Assembly: GCA_047947115.1 (NCBI GenBank)
Contig: CP170459.1
Coordinates: 320,001-384,000 of the forward strand
Direction of reading: 5' to 3'
Source: Verrucomicrobiota bacterium
GTDB lineage: Bacteria; Verrucomicrobiota; Verrucomicrobiia; Limisphaerales; AAA164-E04
Length of the DNA: 64,000 nucleotides
The translations under genes were made by a program, and so were the position numbers. Numbering within the stretch: position 1 is the stretch's first letter; each line of letters opens with the position of its first letter. Positions 10,446 to 21,422 of this stretch are shown here, piece by piece. The notes beneath the pieces are model-generated. The model worked only from the letters and a program-made list of their open reading frames with translations, ran no database searches and was not told the origin of the DNA.

Positions 10446-13400
10446 TTAATCGAAGGCCCGAAGGACTCGTTTCATGTCCCCGGCCCGAACAAGCGTTCTC
10501 AAAGTGCGGCAATTGTGCTCATCCAGGATGCCTTCTGATTCCATATGATCTATCTGCCGCATGATTTCGGTGACAGCGTAGCGTTTCACCGAGCTTCGCA
10601 ATTCATTCTTGCTGGATTCAGGTAATGAAGAAAAGTCCAGTCTTGGCTCCGCGGCCTTTTGCGAATCATCTTCAGACCAAATCAAGTGCGAAAACTGAGT
10701 GTAAATCAACTGAACCAAGACTTCCATTTGGATAGGCTTGGCAAGGAACCCATCAAACGAGGATCTGACATAAGACGCCTGTTCATGTTCCAAAACATGG
10801 GCAGAGTAGGCTATGCATTTGGGCGATGCAGGCCCCAGCATCTGACGTATGCGCTTGAATGCCTCGGTGCCGGACATTTTTGGCATCATGATATCCATAA
10901 AGACCATTTCCACTCGATTGTTCTTAAGGTATTCGATGGCTTCCTCACCGGAGGTGACCGGCTCGCATGGAATCCCCCACAAGGAAAGCAGTCGGGTCAA
11001 TACTTTGGCATTTTGCTCCAGATCATCCACAACAAGTGCTCTGGGTGGAGCGTATTTCCACCTGGGCTTGGACAAGGACAAAAGATCCTTTATTTTTTCT
11101 GGATGCCCGGGGGCAATACTGATGGTAAAACTGAAAAGACTTCCTTGTCCCACCGTCGAATCACAGGAAAGATTTCCACCCAACACCTCCACCAACCTCT
11201 TTGCAATAGCCAATCCCAGCCCGATTCCCTGATGTTCACCACTTCCTTTCTGACTCCCTTGCTCAAAGGCCTGAAACACTCGCTGACGATCCTCGGGCAG
11301 CATGCCGGACCCCGTATCCTCAACTGAGAAATAAAGTTCAAATGGAACCTTGTCGAATGGATCTTCTGCTTCTTTGGGATGATATACCCGGATTTCCATC
11401 GTCACAGCCCCCTCGTTGGTGAACTTCACAGCATTGGTGATGAGATTCAACAGAACCTGCCTAATTTTGGCCAGATCACTATGAATAGTCAGGTGCGGCC
11501 AGGGAGGCGCACTCCGAAGGCTTTTCATCCGGTGACCACCATTCAAACTGTCCACAGCCCATTCGGAACATCGTATTTTATACTCGAGTCCTTTTTCCTG
11601 GCACGGTATGGCAACCATTCCCTGAATGGTATCGATCAACTCAGACAAAGCAAAATCTTCGAGTTGTAGTTGGATATGCCCCGACTCCATTTTTGAGAGT
11701 GTCAAAATGCTGTTGATAATTTTGAGCAAGTGTTGCCCGCTTCGCTCGATGGCCGACAGGCCATGGGACACTTGGTCATTGAGCATGGCATTACCCTTTA
11801 ACAGCTGGGAATACCCAAGCACTGCATTGAGCGGAGTGCGGATCTCATGACTCATTTTTGCCAGAAACAGGCTTTTGGCTTCACTCGCAATTTCCGCGTC
11901 TTTTTGAGCTTTTTCAGCAATTGTTCGAGCTTCCTTTAATTCCTGATTCACTTTCTCCAGATTCTGTCTGGTGGATGTTTCCTGTTTCAGCAACTGGTCT
12001 CTCAACAGTCGTGATTCTTTTCGATGTCGCAATCCCCGAACCACCATCGCCAACCCCCAAATCAATACCACCGAAGTTCCCAAAACCATAGGTACCACCA
12101 AAGCAAGATCCAAATACCAGGGAGGCACTACATTCAGCCTCAAAACAGCCGGCACGGAGGGATGCAGATCCGCATCGTAGGCTGTCAGTTCCAATGAATA
12201 GTCGCCACTTCTCTCTGGAACCCACTCAAAGCGATTCTCAGTAAGTATCAAACTTTGATGTTCCGCCTCGGGGGAACCGGAACATCGTATCTCCAGGCGA
12301 AAAAGATGCCGGTTGTCCGAACAAGCCGCATCCAAAACGTCAAAATCCAGGACAAGTCTCGTGTTCAGCTCAAAACTTGGAAGAGTTTCCGAAGGAATAT
12401 AAACTTGGTCAGCCCGGACAGTTTTAAAAAAAGTTGTGAAAGTTTCCTTCTCGGAACAATGCCGATCCACTCCATATTCGTTGGCAAACCACAGTTCTCC
12501 GGGAGAAGATTCCGCAATATCGTATATGGAATTCCCGGTAAGCCAGTCGTCCATCGTATAATGCATCATCATTTCCTGATGATATAAAAACAGCCCATTC
12601 GAATTGCTGCCGATCCACAACCTTTCTTCGGAATCTTCGAAAAGGCTCCAGATACCCGTGTCGTCCAGAAGCGTCCCGGTCACCAGAGGATGATACCGAC
12701 CCTCCACAACGGTCCCAACACCTTGTTGGGTCGCCACCCAAACCTCGCCTGATTTTCGCTGGAGGATGTCCAATGCCCGGTATGGACTCTTCGGGTTAAC
12801 ATGAGGCACAGCTACCCAATCGTTGCTTGTTTTGATGTAAATCCCAGTATCAGTTCCCAACCATATGCGGTCGTCCTTTTCCGCCCAAATGCACCAAACA
12901 TATTCATTGGGCAACCCTTGTGCTTCTCGCCATAAGCCATCAAACCTCAAAGCAACGTCCCCCTCATCAGTGGGAGCAAACCTCATGACACCTCCCCCGG
13001 CCCACTGCCTTCCTGCCCACAGGTATCCGGAGGGATCGTAGTCTCCAGCCAATACCCAATCACTGTAGGGAAGCCCATCTACGATTTCAGTCACCGATTG
13101 CCCCGGAGTTTCCTGAGTTGCCAGATGGTTCCCCAATAATGTGACGGGTTTTCCCTGCCGAATGAGAATATTTCGAGCATACCCGGGCAAAGGCAAATGA
13201 CGCAGCCCACGGACTGTCACCTCGGTGGTACCAAGCCATTCTGTCCCCACCAGAAGCCTATCTCCTTCGGAATCCCATCCCAGAGAAAAATGCTGGGTGG
13301 ATTGAAACCCAAACTTCTGCCCCATCCCAACCCAATATCGATCATTGTAACGACTGAACCCGTTGACCGTCCCCACCCACACATTCCCATGTTCATCCAA

Positions 13401-15539
13401 CTCGAGGGCGGAAATGTCTTCCGAAGGCAATCCGTCAGCCATGTCATATCGCATCCAGTAGCCGTTTCGCCATCGCCACAGCCCCTCGCCACGGGTACCC
13501 AACCACAACTCGTCGCGGGAACGAACAGCCATACAAGTGATCAAACCAAAGAAAAACTGGTCCGGAAGTCTCATTTCTTGCAACCCTTTCTCGTCGAGCC
13601 GATAAATGGAATGTGCCGTTTGGACAAACAAGACAGATTCATCAGTTGGCTTGCCAATGGAGGAAACCACCGCCTGTGACAATCCTTCATCCGCTTTATA
13701 AAGGATTTCGACCCCTTCCTCAAACCGAATCAAACCATGGTTCGTCGCACCCCACAGCGGCACATCTCCCTCCCACAATATTTGATTAAACCGACGTGAA
13801 GAAAGAATATCCCATTTGAGCGGAAGGGATTCTTCTTGGTAAATTTGAGGCATCGTTGCCTGGTAGAGACCTTTGTCGGTCACGGCAACCAATTTTCTTT
13901 TATCGGTGACAATCAGCTGATTCGCAACAGCACCTTCTGGAGACCGAAAAAATTGTTGTTCACCGGAGGCTTTCACCTTCAACAACCGGCCATCCTGGCA
14001 AGCAACCCAGCAAGCCCCGGAATCATCCTCCGCTATTGAAACCATCACTATGGTCTCCTCATGTTGAAGGGAAATACGTGTGAAATCATCTCCATTAAAG
14101 AAGTATAGTTGGGACCGATTGGCCAGCCAGATTCCTCCTTCTCCTGTAAAAGCAATGTTCTCCACCCGATTGCTCGGCATGCCATCTTTCAGGCCAAAGT
14201 GCTTCCATTTGCCAATCTTTGAACTGCTGATTTCAAAATCAAACCGATCCGAAAGTTCATCCACGTATATCTCCCTGCCGAGCATGGGTGATTGAGCAAC
14301 TTCGTCCCGTTTGGCAAACAAGGCTACCGGCAACGGCCGAGCGGACAACTGGTAACGGCCGGGTGGTATTCCGGCAAATTGATACCGACCACTCAGATCA
14401 CTCATCACACTGATACCCTCTGCCAGAAGAGTATTCCCTGGTTGTGACAGTAGGACTTCCACTCCGCTGACGGGTGTCGCCTTATCTAAAGCCCGAACAA
14501 ACCCTTCCACATTGAAGAGTTCCCCCAAACGCAAATGAACGATGGGATTGTCAGGTTGATTGGATGCCAAATTAATGTCACCACTGAAAGCGTGCGCATT
14601 CCCGTCAAACGCATGATACGCGACCTTCTCTTCCCCGGGAGGAATGAGGCTCAGGAAATCCCCATCGGCATCGGACATTAGACTAACCACCCCCCTGCCC
14701 CCCATGGTCATCTCAATCAAACACTGGGGCTGCGGGTCATCGGTTAGGTTCACTGTTTTACCATGCAGAATGGTGTGTTCCGGACCAACAACAACCCCCG
14801 GTTTCCAAGCAGGATTCCCTTTAATGCCAAGCTCGAAAGCCTGGGAGACAAAGGATGGCAGCGAATCCAAGTCAAATGTCCAGTCAACCAATTGCTGAAC
14901 CCTCAAATCCGGATTGTCCCTATCCCCGATCAAGGCCACTTCCGATGCATCAAGCATGCGGTTCCAGAAACGTACAGCATCCAGCTCACCCGCAAAGGTG
15001 GTCAAATCCCCTTCTTCGGTCCCCCCTAAATTCAAACGACTGCGGGTTGTCTGCAGAACATGGGTGGCCATTTCCTGTTCCGCCTGCCCGCCACGTCCAT
15101 CCAAATAAGCAATGGCAAGCTGGTTGCGGCGAAGGCAAATGGTCAAGTGATGCCAGGTATCCGAGATTCCGGGAAAACCAAAGCGATGCCTCGAAATGCG
15201 ATTGTCCGGCCCTTGAAAATCAACCACCAGCCCGTAGGAACCCTCCTGCAGGTAAGCGGAAACAGTGGTGTCTTTCAGCTGAAGATGGAACAACTGCGAA
15301 TTGGGTTGGCGACGCAGATATTTGAAACGGATGTCCAGTGAGAATCCGCCCCGAAATTCCACATTGTCACCCATGGCAATGAGAATTCCGTCATCAAATC
15401 CATCGAACTCCCAGATCCCTCCCCAGGATTGTACGCGCTCTTCATTGGATGAAGCGGCATGCGATCCGGAAATCAACTGGAAGAAAAGAACGACAGCAAA
15501 AATCAGCCTGCCAAACGAAACTGATTCGATCCGATTCAT
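10446..15539 (-). CDS. Large hybrid sensor kinase: LamG-like, carboxypeptidase-regulatory-like and two-component-regulator beta-propeller domains, TM, HisKA, HATPase, REC
   Basis: Signal peptide, GELDAVRFWNR, GNVWVGT/RLWIGS repeats, MSHEIRTPLN, NLITNAVKFT, MDIMMPKM. Confidence 0.9.
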   Translation of the reverse strand: MNRIESVSFGRLIFAVVLFFQLISGSHAASSNEERVQSWGGIWEFDGFDDGILIAMGDNVEFRGGFSLDIRFKYLRRQPNSQLFHLQLKDTTVSAYLQEGSYGLVVDFQGPDNRISRHRFGFPGISDTWHHLTICLRRNQLAIAYLDGRGGQAEQEMATHVLQTTRSRLNLGGTEEGDLTTFAGELDAVRFWNRMLDASEVALIGDRDNPDLRVQQLVDWTFDLDSLPSFVSQAFELGIKGNPAWKPGVVVGPEHTILHGKTVNLTDDPQPQCLIEMTMGGRGVVSLMSDADGDFLSLIPPGEEKVAYHAFDGNAHAFSGDINLASNQPDNPIVHLRLGELFNVEGFVRALDKATPVSGVEVLLSQPGNTLLAEGISVMSDLSGRYQFAGIPPGRYQLSARPLPVALFAKRDEVAQSPMLGREIYVDELSDRFDFEISSSKIGKWKHFGLKDGMPSNRVENIAFTGEGGIWLANRSQLYFFNGDDFTRISLQHEETIVMVSIAEDDSGACWVACQDGRLLKVKASGEQQFFRSPEGAVANQLIVTDKRKLVAVTDKGLYQATMPQIYQEESLPLKWDILSSRRFNQILWEGDVPLWGATNHGLIRFEEGVEILYKADEGLSQAVVSSIGKPTDESVLFVQTAHSIYRLDEKGLQEMRLPDQFFFGLITCMAVRSRDELWLGTRGEGLWRWRNGYWMRYDMADGLPSEDISALELDEHGNVWVGTVNGFSRYNDRYWVGMGQKFGFQSTQHFSLGWDSEGDRLLVGTEWLGTTEVTVRGLRHLPLPGYARNILIRQGKPVTLLGNHLATQETPGQSVTEIVDGLPYSDWVLAGDYDPSGYLWAGRQWAGGGVMRFAPTDEGDVALRFDGLWREAQGLPNEYVWCIWAEKDDRIWLGTDTGIYIKTSNDWVAVPHVNPKSPYRALDILQRKSGEVWVATQQGVGTVVEGRYHPLVTGTLLDDTGIWSLFEDSEERLWIGSNSNGLFLYHQEMMMHYTMDDWLTGNSIYDIAESSPGELWFANEYGVDRHCSEKETFTTFFKTVRADQVYIPSETLPSFELNTRLVLDFDVLDAACSDNRHLFRLEIRCSGSPEAEHQSLILTENRFEWVPERSGDYSLELTAYDADLHPSVPAVLRLNVVPPWYLDLALVVPMVLGTSVVLIWGLAMVVRGLRHRKESRLLRDQLLKQETSTRQNLEKVNQELKEARTIAEKAQKDAEIASEAKSLFLAKMSHEIRTPLNAVLGYSQLLKGNAMLNDQVSHGLSAIERSGQHLLKIINSILTLSKMESGHIQLQLEDFALSELIDTIQGMVAIPCQEKGLEYKIRCSEWAVDSLNGGHRMKSLRSAPPWPHLTIHSDLAKIRQVLLNLITNAVKFTNEGAVTMEIRVYHPKEAEDPFDKVPFELYFSVEDTGSGMLPEDRQRVFQAFEQGSQKGSGEHQGIGLGLAIAKRLVEVLGGNLSCDSTVGQGSLFSFTISIAPGHPEKIKDLLSLSKPRWKYAPPRALVVDDLEQNAKVLTRLLSLWGIPCEPVTSGEEAIEYLKNNRVEMVFMDIMMPKMSGTEAFKRIRQMLGPASPKCIAYSAHVLEHEQASYVRSSFDGFLAKPIQMEVLVQLIYTQFSHLIWSEDDSQKAAEPRLDFSSLPESSKNELRSSVKRYAVTEIMRQIDHMESEGILDEHNCRTLRTLVRAGDMKRVLRAFD

Positions 15540-17074
15540 GCATTCTCAAGAATATACCGGGTTCCCCGAGACTGCCCGATTTTCCGGATCAGCCCCGCCT
15601 TCTCAAGTTGATTCAGGAGATAATAGGCTTGGTCAATATTGATCTTCAGTTCGTTCCGGCATTCCGCATTCCGAATCGATCCATGCTCGTCAATGTAATC
15701 AAGAATGGCTTTTTCAACGCGGCTTAAATGATCCGGCCACTTGCCGCCGGCAACGGCTTCCACAACCGGATCAGCTTCCGAAGCAGCAACCGAGTCAACC
15801 TGCTGACCGTAGCTGAAAAAATGAAGATGCTCCGGCTGAATACTGGCCCCTCCGGACTCAATCACCGCACGCTCCATGATGTTCTTCAACTCACGAATAT
15901 TACCGGGATAACCATAACTCAGCAGCACTTGTTTGGTTCCTTCTGTGACAACCGGAGCAGGTCGGCCCATTTGAGATGCAAACAGCAGCATGAAATGATG
16001 CGCCAGCAGCAAGATATCTTCTTTTCTCTCCCTGAGGGGCGGAATTTGGCATACGAATTGAGCCAGACGAAAATAAAGATCCTTTCGAAATACGCCGTCT
16101 CGAACAGCAACCTGCAGATCCTTGTTCGTGGCGGCAATAATACCCGCATCCACTTTTCTTGAAGCAGTCGATCCGACCGGCACCACAACACGTTCCTCCA
16201 AAACCCGAAGTAGTTTTGCCTGCATGGGCAAGGGAAGTTCTCCGATCTCATCAAGAAACAAAGTCCCGTTGCCAGCCATTTCGAAATATCCCTTTTGATC
16301 TCGAACGGCACCGGAAAATGAACCCTTCAAATGACCAAACAACATGGACTCCGCCAGCTCACCCGGTATGGCGGCACAATTGAGGCTGATGAAAGGAGCC
16401 TTCCCCTTGACCCGACCATGATGAATGGCCTTCGCCACCAGCTCTTTTCCCGTGCCACTCTCCCCACACAGCAGGACCGTAACCTTTTCATACGCCAGCA
16501 AGCTGTCGATCCGCTCCTGCAACGCAAGGGCTTGTTCACTCTGCCCGATCAATCCGGATCCGCCACCCTGGTCGGCGGTCTGCTCGGATAAAAGATCACG
16601 CTCAATTTCCGCGGTTTCACGACGTTGAATTTCTTCTTCAAGATCCCGGTTCTTGGACTCCAGCTCCCGCCTCAAACGATACAACTCCACATGCGTCCGA
16701 ATGCGGGCCATCAACTCGTCTTTGGAGAATGGTTTATTGACATAATCCACACCCCCGGATTCAAAGGCCTGAACCAGGGTTTCGGGTTCTTTGTCAACAG
16801 TGATGAAGATGACCGGGACAGGTGCGGTTTCCGGGACCTGTTTCAATACTTTGCAGGTATCAATGCCATTCAGATTTCCCGGCATACGGATATCCAGAAG
16901 GATCAAATCCATCGGTGTCTGACTCGCCACTTCGATGGCAAGATCACCATTGGGCACGCAATAAGCGTCAAAACCCTCGGGCTCGACCGTCTCACGCAAC
17001 AGCTCGCGATTTTCGGTGACATCATCAACCACCAATATTTTGGGATTCGTACTTTCCATGGTCCCTCCTGCCAT
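15536..17074 (-). CDS. Sigma-54-type response regulator (REC-AAA+-winged HTH)
   Basis: LVVDD, LLDIRMP, GESGTGKE, FGHLKGSFSGA, FLDEIGE, YPGNIREL; ATGA-coupled to the kinase; start may be 17059. Confidence 0.9.
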   Translation of the reverse strand: MAGGTMESTNPKILVVDDVTENRELLRETVEPEGFDAYCVPNGDLAIEVASQTPMDLILLDIRMPGNLNGIDTCKVLKQVPETAPVPVIFITVDKEPETLVQAFESGGVDYVNKPFSKDELMARIRTHVELYRLRRELESKNRDLEEEIQRRETAEIERDLLSEQTADQGGGSGLIGQSEQALALQERIDSLLAYEKVTVLLCGESGTGKELVAKAIHHGRVKGKAPFISLNCAAIPGELAESMLFGHLKGSFSGAVRDQKGYFEMAGNGTLFLDEIGELPLPMQAKLLRVLEERVVVPVGSTASRKVDAGIIAATNKDLQVAVRDGVFRKDLYFRLAQFVCQIPPLRERKEDILLLAHHFMLLFASQMGRPAPVVTEGTKQVLLSYGYPGNIRELKNIMERAVIESGGASIQPEHLHFFSYGQQVDSVAASEADPVVEAVAGGKWPDHLSRVEKAILDYIDEHGSIRNAECRNELKINIDQAYYLLNQLEKAGLIRKIGQSRGTRYILENA

Positions 17075-17109
17075 CAGATTTCGATTAGGCCACCCCGCCT
17101 ATATTCTTA

Positions 17110-18168
17110 TCAAGCCCTCAGGCCGTTTTTCAAATCATCAACAAAGGCTCGGACATCCTCTTCCCGGGTATCCCATGAACACATCAATCGACACCCACCT
17201 TCACCAATGAAAGAATAAAACTTCCATCCCTGCCCGTGCATGTAATCAATCAGATGCCGGGGCATTTCCACAAAGACGGAATTGGCTTCACGCGGGAACA
17301 TGATCCGAACCTCATTGATGGGGCTCAGCAATTCCTCCATCAAAGCAGCCATGCCATTCGCGTGCCGGGCGTATTTCAGCCACACATTGTCCTGCAACAT
17401 CCCCACCCAGGGTGCGGAAAGATAGCGCATCTTGGAAGCCAACTGCCCGGATTGCTTGCAACGATAATCAAATTCATGGGCCAGCTCGTGATTGAAAAAC
17501 ATGACGGCATCCCCGACGGGGGTCCCGTTTTTTGTTCCCCCAAAACACAACACATCCACCCCCGCCTGCCAGGTGATTTCCTTGGGTTTCAAATCCAGAG
17601 AAGCGACCGCATTCGCAAAACGGGCCCCATCCATATGCATTTTCAAACCCAGATGCTTGGCGCGACAACCCAATGCTTCCAACTCCTCAACCGTGTAACA
17701 GGTCCCCATCTCGGTGGCCTGGGTGACGGAAACCACTTTGGGTTTGGGATAATGTATGTCCGTGCGGCGCTTAACCATCTCTTCCACATCATCCGGACGG
17801 ATCTTGCCATTGGGACCAGGGATCAGCAGTACTTTGGTTCCATTGGAAAAGAATTCCGGAGCACCGCATTCATCCCGTTCGACATGCGCGTAATCGTGAC
17901 AAAGAATGCTGTGATAGGACTGCGACATGGATGCCAGGGACAAACTGTTGGCAGCCGTGCCGTTGAACACAAAAAACACTTCGCAGTCTGTCTCAAACAG
18001 ATCACGCAACATGTCCGATGCACGTCTTGTCCACTGATCCTCGCCGTAGGCGGACACGTGTCCACGGTTGGCTTCCTCCATTGCTGCCCAAGCTTCAGGA
18101 CACACCCCGGAATAATTGTCACTGGCAAAATGCCGTTCGCGAGTCTTTGTCGATTGATGATCGGTCAT
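17110..18168 (-). CDS. ltaE: Low-specificity L-threonine aldolase
   Basis: FASDN, NGTAAN, HMDGARFANA, FGGTKNG; ATG 18168 preferred. Confidence 0.88.
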   Translation of the reverse strand: MTDHQSTKTRERHFASDNYSGVCPEAWAAMEEANRGHVSAYGEDQWTRRASDMLRDLFETDCEVFFVFNGTAANSLSLASMSQSYHSILCHDYAHVERDECGAPEFFSNGTKVLLIPGPNGKIRPDDVEEMVKRRTDIHYPKPKVVSVTQATEMGTCYTVEELEALGCRAKHLGLKMHMDGARFANAVASLDLKPKEITWQAGVDVLCFGGTKNGTPVGDAVMFFNHELAHEFDYRCKQSGQLASKMRYLSAPWVGMLQDNVWLKYARHANGMAALMEELLSPINEVRIMFPREANSVFVEMPRHLIDYMHGQGWKFYSFIGEGGCRLMCSWDTREEDVRAFVDDLKNGLRA

Positions 18169-18315
18169 TGATTCAATTCCTGTCAGGCAATTAAAACCCA
18201 GTCTGCCGACCACACCGGCGAAAGGCCAGCATGAAATAAGAGACAGCTTGCAGTTCATGCAAATTTATTGAAAAATGCTCAGCTCAGGTTCACTGAATAA
18301 TTTGATAAAAAACAA

Positions 18316-19200
18316 ATGAGCGACCCAGCAGAACAATTAAAAGCATTTCAACCCACAAAGGATTTCTTCGTGGGAATTGATTCGGACGGATGTGTCTTTG
18401 ACAGCATGGAAATCAAGCACAAGGAGTGCTTTGTTCCCATGTTTATCAAACATTTCGGACTTCAGCCCGTCAGCAAATACGCCCGCGAAGTGTGGGAGTT
18501 CGTCAATCTTTACAGCAAAACGCGCGGCATCAACCGATTCCCGGCCCTTTCCAACGCTCTCAATTTCCTCAAAGACCGCCCCGAGGTGCAGGCACGGAAT
18601 GTCCAGATCCCCTCCTCCGAAGCGGTGGATGAATGGATCGCACGCGAAACCAAGCTGGGCAACGCAACCCTGGAAGCGGAAGTCAAAGGCGGCAACAACA
18701 ATCTGGACCTCGTCTATGCATGGTCCACCGCCGTCAATGCCCAGGTCGAGGACATCGTCCATGGCGTCCCCCCATTTCCCTTGGTGAGGGAATGCTTTGA
18801 GAAAATCAGGGAAAAAGCAGACGCCATGTGCATCTCCCAAACACCCGTCGATGCTCTGCAACGCGAATGGGGCGAAAACCAATTGGATGGCTACATCGCT
18901 ATGATCGCCGGGCAGGAAATGGGTACCAAAACGGAACACCTAAAATTCGCCGCCGCTTCCAAGTATGAAGCCACCCGCATCCTGATGATCGGTGATGCTC
19001 CCGGAGATTTCAAAGCGGCCAAAAGCAACTTTGCCCTGTTCTACCCGATCAACCCGGGCCATGAGGAAGCCTCCTGGCAGCGTTTGTTCGACGAAGCTCT
19101 GGACAAGTTTTTTAACGAGGAATACGCAGGCGCTTATGAAGACGCACTGGTTGCCGAATTCAACAAATGCCTCCCGGAAAACCCACCTTGGGTCATCTAA
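18316..19200 (+). CDS. HAD-superfamily hydrolase
   Basis: IDSDGCVFD motif I and MIGDAPGD motif. Confidence 0.85.
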   Translation: MSDPAEQLKAFQPTKDFFVGIDSDGCVFDSMEIKHKECFVPMFIKHFGLQPVSKYAREVWEFVNLYSKTRGINRFPALSNALNFLKDRPEVQARNVQIPSSEAVDEWIARETKLGNATLEAEVKGGNNNLDLVYAWSTAVNAQVEDIVHGVPPFPLVRECFEKIREKADAMCISQTPVDALQREWGENQLDGYIAMIAGQEMGTKTEHLKFAAASKYEATRILMIGDAPGDFKAAKSNFALFYPINPGHEEASWQRLFDEALDKFFNEEYAGAYEDALVAEFNKCLPENPPWVI

Positions 19201-19216
19201 GCGCCTCACCTTTCGG

Positions 19217-19240
19217 GTAGGGACCTGCTGCCGCAGGTCC
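19217..19240 (+). repeat. GTAG-family REP-like palindrome
   Basis: GTAG-GGACCTGC-tgcc-GCAGGTCC in an intergenic region. Confidence 0.6.
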
Positions 19241-19317
19241 GCGAGCGCGCTTGAGATAGCCTCAATACCATTACAGGATGAACGTATCTCAGCTTGCGCA
19301 CTCCTAAAATCAGTCTT

Positions 19318-19353
19318 AACCGGAAAAGTGCTCCCAGCCTTTTCCGGTTTTTT
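19318..19353 (+). terminator. Intrinsic terminator between the convergent HAD and tmk genes
   Basis: aaccggaaaag...cttttccggtt followed by a T-run. Confidence 0.7.
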
Positions 19354-20000
19354 TATTGAAGACATCCGGACACTTCAGACCAGATCGCCCGATGCACAGC
19401 ATCAATGTCCCGGGTGGCGTCAATCACCTTGACGCGGCCCGAAGACTCATCCGCAATCGCATCATACCCCCGTTCAATACGCTCAAAAAAGGCGCGTTCA
19501 GCCTCTTCAAACCGATCTCTCTCAGGGCCTGAAGTTTGAGCGCGGGAGGCTCGACGGGATTCGCTGACATGTAAAGGCACTTTCAAAAGCAAGGTCAAAT
19601 CAGGAATCGTCACCCCCACCGCCACCTCTATGGTCTTTCGAACCAAGGCAAGATCCAGACCACGGCCGTATCCCTGATAAACAACCGTCGAATCAAAAAA
19701 ACGGTCCACCAGCACGATGCTCCCTCGTGCCAACTCAGGTTCGATGACCTGACGCACCAATTGAGCCCGGCTGGCATTCATAAGCAACAATTCCGACACC
19801 GGATCAATTTCCACTCCTTCCTTGGGAGTTTTAAGAATATCGCGAAGCGCTTCCCCAAGACCAGTCCCCCCCGGTTCACGCAAGGCGATCACATCCCTTC
19901 CGGTAGTACGCAGACGGTCGGTCAACAAAGCTATCTGAGTGGATTTACCACAACCCTCGTTGCCTTCAAACGAAACGAATTTGCCTCGTGAATCCGCCAC
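19353..20000 (-). CDS. tmk: Thymidylate kinase
   Basis: FEGNEGCGKSTQ, REPGGT, VDRFFDSTVVYQG. Confidence 0.95.
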   Translation of the reverse strand: MADSRGKFVSFEGNEGCGKSTQIALLTDRLRTTGRDVIALREPGGTGLGEALRDILKTPKEGVEIDPVSELLLMNASRAQLVRQVIEPELARGSIVLVDRFFDSTVVYQGYGRGLDLALVRKTIEVAVGVTIPDLTLLLKVPLHVSESRRASRAQTSGPERDRFEEAERAFFERIERGYDAIADESSGRVKVIDATRDIDAVHRAIWSEVSGCLQ

Positions 20001-20003
20001 AAT

Positions 20004-21422
20004 TCAGATCCTTTTTGGTCTGGGACCGTTGGGGGTGTCCTCGATCACCCACCCCTTGGATTTCAACTCATCGCGCAAACGGTCCGCCTCAGCCCAATTC
20101 TTATCTTTTCGCGCCTGTTGGCGTTGGTCCGCCAGGGAAAGGATTTCTTCGGGAGTATCATCTCCTTGCTCTTCGACTCCCATCCCTAAAACAGAATCCA
20201 CCTGCTCCCAGGCTTTCAATTGTGCCGCCGCCATCACAGGTGTCATGGTTTGATCCGCCAACTGCCGGTTGGTATCCCTCACCCATTCGAAAACAGCCGC
20301 CCAGGCAGCCGACACGTTCAGGTCGTCATCCATGGCCGCTTCAAATTTTGCGGTCAGTTCCGACCCGACTTCAGCGCTTGCGTCACCCGCCTGCTGTTTG
20401 AGCTTGAACAAGCATTCATCCAAACGACCAAGAGCCGCCCGGGCGCCATTCAAACCTTCAATCGTAAAATTGAACGTCTCGCGATAGTGTGCGGAAATCA
20501 GAACGAAACGGATTTCACGGCCATTGAATCCCTTGTCCAACAAGTCGCGCAGGGTGAAAAAGTTCCCCAACGACTTGCTCATCTTCTTACCCTCCACCTG
20601 CAAATGCGAAACATGCACCCAATGCTTGACGAAGCGTTGCCCCTGCTCCTGCACCCCGGCACCTTCGCTCTGGGCGATTTCGTCCTCATGATGCGGAAAT
20701 TTCAGGTCCTCGCCCCCCAGATGCAGATCAAAACTGGTCCCAAGGTATTGCATGCTCATGGCGCTGCACTCCACATGCCACCCCGGACGTCCCTGCCCCC
20801 AGGGACTTTCCCAAAACACCTCTCCATCGCCCTCGGTGCGGGCTTTCCATAAGGCAAAGTCAGCGATGGCGTCCTTCGCATATTCATCGGACTGAACACG
20901 CTCGCCGGGACGCATCTGATCGAAATCGAGCTTTTGCAGCTGTCCATAACAACACCCCGCCTCTTGGTATTTCCCGATACTGAAATAGACCGATCCGTCC
21001 TTGGCGGCATAAGCCACCCCGCGCTCCACCAAACGCGCAATCAGGTCGATGATCGAAGGCATGTGCTCGGTCGCTCGCGGCATGTCGTGAGGCGACTCAC
21101 AGCGGAGTTCTTGGAGATCATTCAGAAAAGCATCTTCGTATTTTTTTGTGTAAGCGCCGAGAGTGGTGCCGGAAGCCTTGACCCGGGCAATGATTTTGTC
21201 CTCAACGTCCGTGATATTCATCACATGACGCACCTCGAATCCCTTGAAGCCAAGATAACGACGAACCAGATCCGAAAGCACGAATGTGCGGAAATTCCCG
21301 ATGTGCGCAAAGTCGTGCACCGTCGGACCACAACAATACATGCCGACCTTGCGGCCTTCCGGGTCCAACGGTTGAAAAGGTTCGATGCTCCTGCTGAGCG
21401 TGTTGAATAATTTCAATCCCAT
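20004..21422 (-). CDS. cysS: Cysteine--tRNA ligase
   Basis: CGPTV, HIGN, GRPGWHVECSAM, FPHHEDE, KMSKS. Confidence 0.97.
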   Translation of the reverse strand: MGLKLFNTLSRSIEPFQPLDPEGRKVGMYCCGPTVHDFAHIGNFRTFVLSDLVRRYLGFKGFEVRHVMNITDVEDKIIARVKASGTTLGAYTKKYEDAFLNDLQELRCESPHDMPRATEHMPSIIDLIARLVERGVAYAAKDGSVYFSIGKYQEAGCCYGQLQKLDFDQMRPGERVQSDEYAKDAIADFALWKARTEGDGEVFWESPWGQGRPGWHVECSAMSMQYLGTSFDLHLGGEDLKFPHHEDEIAQSEGAGVQEQGQRFVKHWVHVSHLQVEGKKMSKSLGNFFTLRDLLDKGFNGREIRFVLISAHYRETFNFTIEGLNGARAALGRLDECLFKLKQQAGDASAEVGSELTAKFEAAMDDDLNVSAAWAAVFEWVRDTNRQLADQTMTPVMAAAQLKAWEQVDSVLGMGVEEQGDDTPEEILSLADQRQQARKDKNWAEADRLRDELKSKGWVIEDTPNGPRPKRI

